Positions 19,303 to 27,345 of a DNA stretch of 64,000 nt are shown here, one piece after another. Source of the stretch: an uncultured Prevotellaceae bacterium (lineage in GTDB: Bacteria > Bacteroidota > Bacteroidia > Bacteroidales > Muribaculaceae); the NCBI GenBank assembly GCA_905207705.1, contig CAJLMA010000001.1, forward strand, positions 214,588-278,587, given 5' to 3'. Both the position numbers and the translations under genes were made by a program. The notes below the pieces were generated by a model. The model worked only from the letters and a program-made list of their open reading frames with translations, did no database searches and was not told where the DNA came from. Numbering within the stretch: position 1 is the stretch's first letter; every line of letters begins with the position of its first letter.

Positions 19303-21120
19303 TCAATTCAAGTAATCCCTTATGAAATTGTCCTTTGCTATATACTGGCTGTTGCGGAAACTCTTTGAAATTACAAATTGACCATCATAGGTGTACACAT
19401 GATATGTGATGCCATTGACTGTACCCGTGGTGAATGCCATACGCTTCATGCCATTGAAATATTTGTCATACTTCGGTTGTGCAAATACAGCACCGTTAAG
19501 TTTTATGCAACCAAGCTTGCCATTCTTTCTCACCATTATGCCATAAGGCTCATAGCATACTATCTGATAACCGCTGCCACATGGAAGAATCTCCTTGCCT
19601 TGGCCATTGATGACCCTTACGATGCCTACTCGATCGTTAGCGTCCCACACATGGAATCCATCGTCAATGTGTCCGCCATCGGTGATGTACGCATTTTCAA
19701 TTTTGTTGTACTTGCAAGCAACGACCAGTACACCCTTGTTGTTCACCACGCCATACTTGCCGTTCTGCTCAACCCGGTAATAATTGTCCGACCCGGTAAT
19801 CCTTTCTATGCTGGCATACTTGCCAGTAGGAATTATGTTTTTCTTTTCCAGAACGTTGTACATGCCCACGCCGCCATTCTTCTCCAATACGAACACATCG
19901 GGTGTAGGTCCGACCGATATGTTGTCATATTCACATTTTATCAATTCATTGCCTTGTATGTCAAGCAATCCGGCCTTACCCTTAGAAGTTACTATTATAG
20001 GGCCATTATAGTTCTCAACCTTGAACGGGCATTCTTTGCCGGGATAAACGAGGCCTGTGTTCAGTTTATAATTCCTGCTGTAAATTCCCCACATTCCATC
20101 TTTACCCAAGAAAAGGAAATTGGCTGCATCTCCACTTTCAATGTAATCATATTCCGGAGCGAAAATTAATTTTTTATTATAACTATCATATATTCCCTTT
20201 TTTCCGTCATTGGTGATTAAAAAACATTCAAAGTTTGATTCTGATTGAACCTCGCATACCAAGCCACCATGCATGATGACTTTAGTCCCGGAAGACCATG
20301 AACTATTGTTGTTGCCAAACGGGCCTACTGCTATGACTGTGCTGTCGTTGCGCAATTGTTCCCAAATTTGTTTGTATAACTTGTAATCATCTTCTGACAA
20401 GCGCCCATTTGCAAAAGACTCATCAATCCTTGACATGGTGGCAAGAGCATTGTCATGTCCTAAGTGCTCGCCTGTTGACAGGTCATATACCTCTCCATTG
20501 TTCACATAACCATCCTCCACTACTGAACATACAAATGTGTCACCCCTGAATTGCTTAGCACCAACCACGCCCGGAATGCACAATGTGTCTTTCATCAAGA
20601 TTCCCGTTGGCACATATCGCGTATCTTCAGAAGCGCTGTAACCCTTGTCCAATACGCCCGACACAAGCGTAACACCTTCTGCAATCTCCTTGGCCGAAGC
20701 ATCCTTAAGGTCCTTTTTTACCCATCGGCCAAGGTAAGACCCGGCTCTTCTCTCATAATAAGTAACAACCCATTTCTCTGGTTTGTCCTTTTCTTGGGCA
20801 ATGAACTTCACTCCTACATTCCTCTCTTCATATTTGTATATCGAGGAATATTTGCAATCAAGCACCTTTTCGTCCCCATATTCATCCATCAAGAATACAC
20901 CTTTCTTGCCATCTTTAGTCACGAGGTAATATCCGTCACCCATAGGTTCGATTGCGGTGTATTCGGCCTTGACTTCCCATTTGCCGTCACTGCCGACAAT
21001 TCCCCACTTGCCTTTGGAATCCTGCTTAGGAGTCCACATTGCTTCCTGATCCTGTGCGTATGTGGCAACCGACAATGTTATGGCTGCCGCCAGCATCAAC
21101 ATTCGTTTTAAGATTCTCAT
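19303..21120 (-). CDS. Secreted WG-repeat protein
   Basis: There is a signal peptide. Repeated K(W/K/Y)G(I/V) blocks run throughout (KWGIVGSDGKW, KKGVFLMDEYG, KKGIYDSYNKK, GMWGIYSRNYK, GKAGLLDIQGN, GKYGVVNNKGV, GKLGCIKLNG). Confidence 0.7.
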   Translation of the reverse strand: MRILKRMLMLAAAITLSVATYAQDQEAMWTPKQDSKGKWGIVGSDGKWEVKAEYTAIEPMGDGYYLVTKDGKKGVFLMDEYGDEKVLDCKYSSIYKYEERNVGVKFIAQEKDKPEKWVVTYYERRAGSYLGRWVKKDLKDASAKEIAEGVTLVSGVLDKGYSASEDTRYVPTGILMKDTLCIPGVVGAKQFRGDTFVCSVVEDGYVNNGEVYDLSTGEHLGHDNALATMSRIDESFANGRLSEDDYKLYKQIWEQLRNDSTVIAVGPFGNNNSSWSSGTKVIMHGGLVCEVQSESNFECFLITNDGKKGIYDSYNKKLIFAPEYDYIESGDAANFLFLGKDGMWGIYSRNYKLNTGLVYPGKECPFKVENYNGPIIVTSKGKAGLLDIQGNELIKCEYDNISVGPTPDVFVLEKNGGVGMYNVLEKKNIIPTGKYASIERITGSDNYYRVEQNGKYGVVNNKGVLVVACKYNKIENAYITDGGHIDDGFHVWDANDRVGIVRVINGQGKEILPCGSGYQIVCYEPYGIMVRKNGKLGCIKLNGAVFAQPKYDKYFNGMKRMAFTTGTVNGITYHVYTYDGQFVISKSFRNSQYIAKDNFIRDYLN

Positions 21121-21753
21121 AATGAAACGTTTTTAATTAATAGGTTGATTATCGTAATTTTATACTTACTTTCCATAACGCAACCATAAGGCACCGTTGC
21201 AATCCATGTAGCCGTCTCCCGGTACAGTTAGCCTCGACACCTATGCACACGACAATACCTCCCGTGATGCTTCGACACACCACAGGATATGACATTTTTT
21301 AATGCTTGTTCTATTAAATTTACAGGTCTGGGGAGGGTAAAAACTGCTCTACATGTCGTCCATGATGATTGGGTCTGCGTTTTCATGCCTTTATCATTCA
21401 CATGCTACAGCCGGGTAGCAATACCATGTTATTCTAACAATTGCAGGAGAAACGCGGCTACCGGGATTACGAAACACTCCCGGGCTTCCCCTTGAAAGCC
21501 TGCTTCCATGCTTGCTTTCTATATGTACAAAATTAATGATTTCTTACAAATATATTAACACAAATGTCGTTAAAAATTCGCACATGTCCGATTTATAAGA
21601 ATTTTAGAGAAAACGGCACACACGAGCCTTTTCATTAAACTTCTATAAAAACGCGATTCATCGCGACGACTTCATAGATGCCAGGCTATGTAGCAAATTA
21701 TCCTGTTTTAAGCCACGACTAATCGTGTCAACCTTTTATTCAAGATTAAATAC

Positions 21754-21793
21754 AAAAGAATGGACGCACCGGCTAAGTGCGTCCATTCTTTTG
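21754..21793. terminator. Bidirectional rho-independent terminator
   Basis: The perfect 16-bp stem AAAAGAATGGACGCAC pairs with GTGCGTCCATTCTTTT across an 8-nt loop. A U-tract follows on both strands. It lies 20 bp past the stop of the oxidoreductase gamma gene. Confidence 0.6.
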
Positions 21794-21812
21794 TGTGTCA
21801 GCGGTTTCTTAT

Positions 21813-22361
21813 TTATTTTATTAAATCCATGCCCACTTTCAACGCTTGCTCGTTCATCGGAATGAGATGATGATGACGCTCTGGCAAAGTTTTCTTAAGG
21901 GCCTTCAATACGCTTTCGAGTGTCACAATAGGCTTGACCTTCAACAATGCACCAAGCACGACCATGTTATATGCCTTGGCATTTTTCAGCTCAAAAGTAG
22001 CCTCTATTGCTTCAATCTTGTATATGCTGATGTCACTGCGTGTCGGAGGATTATGAATGCCGTAATTGTCATAGATAAGCACTCCGCCGGGCTTTACCTT
22101 GCTCTCAAACTTATCGAGGCTCTGCTGGTTCAGCACCACAGCCGTGTCGTAGGTGTTCAATATGGGCGAACTTATGCGCTCGTCGCTCAAAATGACAGTC
22201 ACATTGGCAGTTCCGCCTCGCTGTTCAGGCCCGTAGGAAGGCATCCATGTGACTTCCTTGTCTTCCATCAACCCCGAATATGCAAGAATCTTTCCCATGG
22301 AAAGGACTCCTTGCCCGCCAAATCCTGCTATTACGATTTCTTCTTTCATAATCTTACTCAT
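21813..22361 (-). CDS. 2-oxoacid:ferredoxin oxidoreductase gamma subunit
   Basis: It has the POR gamma N-terminal signature IAGFGGQGV and is 182 aa. Its start overlaps the beta gene by 8 bp. Confidence 0.85.
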   Translation of the reverse strand: MSKIMKEEIVIAGFGGQGVLSMGKILAYSGLMEDKEVTWMPSYGPEQRGGTANVTVILSDERISSPILNTYDTAVVLNQQSLDKFESKVKPGGVLIYDNYGIHNPPTRSDISIYKIEAIEATFELKNAKAYNMVVLGALLKVKPIVTLESVLKALKKTLPERHHHLIPMNEQALKVGMDLIK

Positions 22362-23115
22362 TCTTTAGGTCACCAATAGGATACTTGGCAAACATATTTT
22401 CTTCCATCCACTTGTTTGCCTGCTCAGGCGACATTTTCCATCCCGAGTTGCAAGTGCTCACAATTTCCACTACCGATGTGCCTTTACCCTCCAAGCTGTT
22501 TTCAAAAGCCTTACGAATTGCTGCTTTGGCCTTACGCACGGCAGCAGGCGTATGCACGCTTTGGCGTGTCACATAGCGTGTCCCATCAAGCTGTGTCATC
22601 AAGTTGGTTATGGCAAGCGGATAACCGTTCAAGTCGGCCCTTCGGCCATAAGGCGTGGTAGAAGTCTTCATCCCGAGCAATGTCGTCGGAGCCATTTGTC
22701 CTCCGGTCATTCCATAGATGGCATTGTTGATGAATATCATGGCTATGTTTTCCCCGCGGTTAGCAGCATGCAACGATTCGGCCGTCCCAATGGCAGCCAT
22801 GTCGCCGTCCCCTTGATAAGTAAACACGAGCTTTTTTGGTTGCAGGCGTTTTGCCGCAGTGGCAAGTGCCGGAGCGCGTCCATGCGGAGCTTCTATCCAA
22901 TCCACGTCTATGTAATTGTAAGCAAATACGGCACATCCCACCGGGGCGATGCCTATTGCGATTTCTTCGGCACGCATTTCTTCCAAAACTTCTGCAATGA
23001 GTTTGTGCACCACGCCATGACTGCAACCCGGACAGTAATGCATGTGGTTGTCATTTAGGAGTGTCGGTTTCTTGTAAACGAGATTCTCGGGTTTCAATAT
23101 GTCGTTAACATCCAT
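22354..23115 (-). CDS. 2-oxoacid:ferredoxin oxidoreductase beta subunit (TPP-binding)
   Basis: The N-terminal cysteine cluster is CPGCSHG. The TPP-binding GDG motif is GDGDMAAIG. Confidence 0.88.
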   Translation of the reverse strand: MDVNDILKPENLVYKKPTLLNDNHMHYCPGCSHGVVHKLIAEVLEEMRAEEIAIGIAPVGCAVFAYNYIDVDWIEAPHGRAPALATAAKRLQPKKLVFTYQGDGDMAAIGTAESLHAANRGENIAMIFINNAIYGMTGGQMAPTTLLGMKTSTTPYGRRADLNGYPLAITNLMTQLDGTRYVTRQSVHTPAAVRKAKAAIRKAFENSLEGKGTSVVEIVSTCNSGWKMSPEQANKWMEENMFAKYPIGDLKNE

Positions 23116-23128
23116 AATGCTGCAATCT

Positions 23129-24214
23129 TTACTTGTTTATTGAGAATTGTTCCTTCAGTGAGTCAAGTACCTCTTCGGGTGTCGGCACTATGCCGCCAAG
23201 ACGGCCATAATGCTTGACATCGACCTTACATTCGACAGCCAGTTTCACATCCTCTATCATCTGCCCTGCCGATAATTCCACGACCAATATGCCTTTGACT
23301 TTCTTAGAAGCCTTTTTTATTTGCTCATAAGGGAACGGCCACAATGTTATAGGTCTCAACAGACCTAATTTCAACCCTTCTTCTTGGGCGATTTCCATTA
23401 CCTTCTGGCATATTCTTGCCATGCTGCCAAATGCCACAAGCAAATATTCGCAATCGTCGGTGTTGATCTCTTCCCACCTTATTTCATTCTTTTCTATCTC
23501 GCGATATGTTCTTTGGAAACGCAAGTTGTTCTGTTCCATGCGCTCGTCGTCAAGCTCGAGCGAAGTCACTACGTTTCTTGGTCTCATGCCTTTTCGTCCG
23601 TTGATGGCCCATGGACACAGCTGGCGTATTTCTTCTTCGGTACGGCGCTTTCGCGGCTCGGGCAACACCACTTTTTCCATCATCTGCCCCACAACTCCAT
23701 CGGCAAGCAACATTGCCGGAGTGCGGTATTTGAATGCCAAGTCCCATCCAAGCCACATGAAATCGCACATTTCCTGCACGCTGCTCGGAGCAAGGACTAT
23801 CATGTGGTAATCGCCATGACCGCCCCCCTTGGTAGCTTGGAAGTAATCGGCCTGCGACGGATGTATGGTTCCCAATCCCGGTCCACCGCGCATTACATTG
23901 ACAATCAATGCCGGCACTTCGCTCGCGGCTATATAAGAAAGCCCTTCCTGCATCAAACTTATGCCCGGACTTGATGACGACGTAAAAACCACCTTGCCAC
24001 ATGCCGCACCGCCATATACCATGTTAATGGCAGCAAGTTCGCTTTCAGCCTGAAGTACAACCATACCGGTAGTTTCCCATGGACGCAATTCTTCAAGTGT
24101 CTCAAGAACTTCCGACTGAGGGGTAATCGGATATCCGAAATAGCCATCGGCACCGTAGCGTATCGCCGCATGGGCAAGTGCCTCATTACCTTTCATCAAT
24201 CTAACTTCTTCCAT
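23129..24214 (-). CDS. 2-oxoacid:ferredoxin oxidoreductase alpha subunit
   Basis: It shows POR/KOR alpha domain architecture and is 361 aa. It sits immediately upstream of the beta subunit. Confidence 0.88.
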   Translation of the reverse strand: MEEVRLMKGNEALAHAAIRYGADGYFGYPITPQSEVLETLEELRPWETTGMVVLQAESELAAINMVYGGAACGKVVFTSSSSPGISLMQEGLSYIAASEVPALIVNVMRGGPGLGTIHPSQADYFQATKGGGHGDYHMIVLAPSSVQEMCDFMWLGWDLAFKYRTPAMLLADGVVGQMMEKVVLPEPRKRRTEEEIRQLCPWAINGRKGMRPRNVVTSLELDDERMEQNNLRFQRTYREIEKNEIRWEEINTDDCEYLLVAFGSMARICQKVMEIAQEEGLKLGLLRPITLWPFPYEQIKKASKKVKGILVVELSAGQMIEDVKLAVECKVDVKHYGRLGGIVPTPEEVLDSLKEQFSINK

Positions 24215-24272
24215 ACGATATATAAAAATGAAAGTTTCTAAACTTAATATTACAATGCTTTGTTTTCCTCTT

Positions 24273-24506
24273 TTATTCGTCTATTTTCACCTTATAGACT
24301 TCTATACATGCATCGGGGCACACAAGAGCGCAACTGGCACACCCTATGCACTTTTCGGGTTCGGCCATATATGCAAAATGATATCCCCGGTTGTTTACTT
24401 CTTTCGGCTGAAGCGAAAGGACTTTAGTCGGACATGCTGCCACACATAAATTACAACCTTTGCAGCGATCTATGTTGACCGATACTGCTCCTCTTATCTT
24501 TGCCAT
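24273..24506 (-). CDS. 4Fe-4S dicluster ferredoxin (delta subunit of the oxidoreductase)
   Basis: Two CxxCxxCxxxCP motifs are present (CKGCNLCVAACP and CIGCASCALVCP). It is 77 aa and is the first gene of the operon. Confidence 0.85.
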   Translation of the reverse strand: MAKIRGAVSVNIDRCKGCNLCVAACPTKVLSLQPKEVNNRGYHFAYMAEPEKCIGCASCALVCPDACIEVYKVKIDE

Positions 24507-24631
24507 AGTTTTTTTACAAAATTTTACAGTACAAAAATAACAAATAATTTGATGCTTAAAAGGTGATTAACACAAGATTAACCTTTGGCACACTTTAATG
24601 CCGTTTGTGCGATTGTCCATTTAATGCACCT

Positions 24632-25312
24632 TTAATCAAACACATAATTAAGGAAATCGTTAAACGGTTTAAGGTAACGGAAGTCTTCTGCCACCTTTTC
24701 AACCCAGTCTCCTTGCAAGAAATATGAGTCCTTGACCGGCATAGACGCCAAATACTCTTTAAACTTTATATACTCGCCATGTGGCAGCTCCTTAGGGAAT
24801 CCTTTGGGCATCGTTTTTAGACTTTCGCCCGACATGTGGTAACGCTTCTTGAATTCTTTTGAGTTTATAATGTCCAAGAATTCATCAATGTTATCATCTA
24901 CTTCATGCCGCAATTTGGTCAGCAACGGCATTTCGGGACACCATATCCCTCCATGAAGCCCGCTTTCGCCATGCTGGACATGCAAGTAGCAACATCCTTT
25001 CAATGTCTTTCGTCCACCTTGCGCTATGACAGCCGAAAAATATGTCTTGTAAGGCAATTTATTTGGACTGAAACGTATGTCGCGATAAATGCGATATATA
25101 CAATCTTTCGCTTCAACTCCTTTCAACGATTCATCATATGATGACATCCTGTTGATGAGCCGCTCCACATCTTTCGTCCACAATCCACGCAACTCGTCAA
25201 ACTCGCTTTTGTTTGCTTGAAACCACTCACGGTTGTTATTATACTCAAGCCGTTTCAAGAAATCAAACAATTGAGCCATATAGCTGCCACTACCATTGTC
25301 AATCATTGTCAT
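24632..25312 (-). CDS. DUF2461 (TIGR02453) family protein
   Basis: The characteristic blocks are NNNREWF, RIYRDIRFS and the PYK motif. The true start is probably the internal Met at 25279 (MAQLFDFLK...). Confidence 0.6.
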   Translation of the reverse strand: MTMIDNGSGSYMAQLFDFLKRLEYNNNREWFQANKSEFDELRGLWTKDVERLINRMSSYDESLKGVEAKDCIYRIYRDIRFSPNKLPYKTYFSAVIAQGGRKTLKGCCYLHVQHGESGLHGGIWCPEMPLLTKLRHEVDDNIDEFLDIINSKEFKKRYHMSGESLKTMPKGFPKELPHGEYIKFKEYLASMPVKDSYFLQGDWVEKVAEDFRYLKPFNDFLNYVFD

Positions 25313-25675
25313 ATACTCTATTCAAAAATTTACGCATCCTATCTTATGTAAAGATAAAAAAACTCGGGCGCAATACAAAAAATATGCGTATTTATTTTTA
25401 ACTGTGCATATAAACAAAAAAGCCCCGTACATCACTGTAGAGGACTTCTCATAAACGATATTTACAGAATGTATTGCGAATTCAATACACCTTTTCCGTA
25501 TTAACCAACTTGTATTAGAAGGTGTGAAGTATCAAGCCTTTATTGTTTGATAGAAAATATAGAACTCATTCTCTTTTTACATTGCAAATGTATCACCGCA
25601 ATATTACACTTTTGTAACAACCAAGTTAAATTGCTGCAACATTATATTTATAAAGCATTCTGCAAAAAAACAACA

Positions 25676-25704
25676 TCGCAACACACCTCATCGGCATGTT
25701 GCGA
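25676..25704 (-). terminator. Terminator hairpin downstream of the lipoprotein gene
   Basis: The 8-bp stem TCGCAACA pairs with TGTTGCGA across a 13-nt loop. It is followed on the minus strand by T-rich TGTTGTTTTTTTGCA. Confidence 0.4.
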
Positions 25705-25751
25705 TAATTGGTCTTAAGCTATTATTTGATGTCAGTCACACAGACTTTACA

Positions 25752-27281
25752 TTAATAGTCGGTATTGTTTGGATCGAAATTCGTCCAGCCTTCCATCCAA
25801 TTGTCATTGGCCGAGAATGCACCTATGTAACTTACATTCTCCATTCCGTCAAGCGCAGGATCTTCAAAAGAAGCTGCTGTCAACAACGGGCTACCTGCCT
25901 GAGGCATGAATTCAGCACCGACGCCATCGGCGTCACCAAGCATCAATGCACTTTTATCAACGATTTGATTGCCCGATTGGCTCAAGAAATATGTATGAGA
26001 ATAAGAAACTTGATTGGCATCAATAACTACATCGTTAACTGCATCATATAACACATCATCGTATATTCCGTTGAAATCGCTTCCAAGGATACCCATATCA
26101 GCAAACCAAACATTGTTGATCTTGACTGTACCGTTCTTGGCCATGTCTACCGAGTTTCCACGTTGTCCATCGATAATGATTCCGATAGGGAAACCTACAG
26201 CAACCGAGTTGAAGCAGTTAAGCCTGCTTGAACGACGCACTTGCATTGCCGACTGGAACAAGCCGAGAGATGAGCCGTTGCCAGGGTTGTAGTCGCCTCC
26301 ATTGATATAATCTACTGTGTTGTCGAAATTGTCACGACCTCTCGGGCCGACAAATGTAACATTGCTGAATGTACATGTGGTATATGGCTCAGTCTGTGCT
26401 CCGTCACTGCAATTATCCGACTCAAAACCATTTGAACGAGATGTATCGGCAAGACGTGGGTCGCGAACTGAGAGGCAATATTGAACATTGCCGCTAAAAC
26501 CATTGTCGGTATCAAAATCATCATCCCATCCCTTGTAAGCAATCAGATATTTGCAATCTACATCTCCGCCAAACCACTCATAAGAGTCGTCATTGCTGTA
26601 AGATACTTGAATGTGGTCGATTCTCGTTCCGTTACCGATTGAGCCAAGGGTCAAGCCATTGATTTCTTGGTCGGTCTGGAATGGATAACCTGCAAACTCT
26701 ATACGCACATAGCTCAACACGCCTGAGTTGTCATTGATATCAGTACCTCCATGCTGGCTGCGCGGGCCACCTTCAATCTGCATGCTGTTCTGTTGGTTAT
26801 TTGGAGCCTTGCCACACAAAATCAAGCCTCCCCAGTCACCTGGCTTGCGCTCTCCCTTGGGAGAATTTGACGTGAACACGATAGGCTCGTTTGCATTACC
26901 TTCGGCATAAATTTTTCCACCCCTTTCGATTATAAGAGATGCCATTGTCGTCTTGTCGCCCTTGATGACAGTACCCGGCTCGATTGTCAACTCGGCACCG
27001 TCGGCAACATAAACCCATCCTTTCAACACATAAGTACCCTTTGCAAGAGTTTGTTTGCCAGTGAACACGAATTGTGCATCGCCATTGCCTATAACAGTAC
27101 CTTCAGGATTTTCCGAGCCGTCTTCATTGAAGAGCAAGTGGTCGCAGCTTCTCACGCCGCCATCAGTACCCCAAACATAGGAATCGTTGTTGCCTGTTCC
27201 GGGTTCATCATCTTTACACGACACAGAGGTCATTGCAACACCTGCCACAAGGGCATAAACAAAAAAGCTTCTAAATTTCAT
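25752..27281 (-). CDS. Predicted surface-exposed lipoprotein (Gly/Asp/Asn-rich, beta-rich) partner of the adjacent TonB-dependent receptor
   Basis: The signal peptide ends in TSVSC. The residues right after the Cys are KDDE, which fits the Bacteroidota lipoprotein export signal K-(D/E)2. It is 509 aa and lies 64 bp downstream of the receptor gene. Confidence 0.7.
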   Translation of the reverse strand: MKFRSFFVYALVAGVAMTSVSCKDDEPGTGNNDSYVWGTDGGVRSCDHLLFNEDGSENPEGTVIGNGDAQFVFTGKQTLAKGTYVLKGWVYVADGAELTIEPGTVIKGDKTTMASLIIERGGKIYAEGNANEPIVFTSNSPKGERKPGDWGGLILCGKAPNNQQNSMQIEGGPRSQHGGTDINDNSGVLSYVRIEFAGYPFQTDQEINGLTLGSIGNGTRIDHIQVSYSNDDSYEWFGGDVDCKYLIAYKGWDDDFDTDNGFSGNVQYCLSVRDPRLADTSRSNGFESDNCSDGAQTEPYTTCTFSNVTFVGPRGRDNFDNTVDYINGGDYNPGNGSSLGLFQSAMQVRRSSRLNCFNSVAVGFPIGIIIDGQRGNSVDMAKNGTVKINNVWFADMGILGSDFNGIYDDVLYDAVNDVVIDANQVSYSHTYFLSQSGNQIVDKSALMLGDADGVGAEFMPQAGSPLLTAASFEDPALDGMENVSYIGAFSANDNWMEGWTNFDPNNTDY

Positions 27282-27345
27282 TGTAGTTCAATTGTTTTTT
27301 GTGAAAAAAGTAATGTAAGATTGATTATGGTTATTATTCAATATA

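Noticed and set aside
19378-20169. 263-codon plus-strand ORF
   Set aside because: It is antisense to the WG-repeat gene. It has no features of its own.
21289-21495. 68-codon ORF in the long intergenic region
   Set aside because: It has no signal or ribosome-binding site and an implausible composition. The region is better explained as non-coding.
21440-21520. Possible SRP (4.5S) RNA, because the minus strand reads GGAAGCAGGC
   Set aside because: The flanking sequence lacks the conserved GUCCGGAAGGAAGCAGCC context and the matching 3' strand of helix 8.
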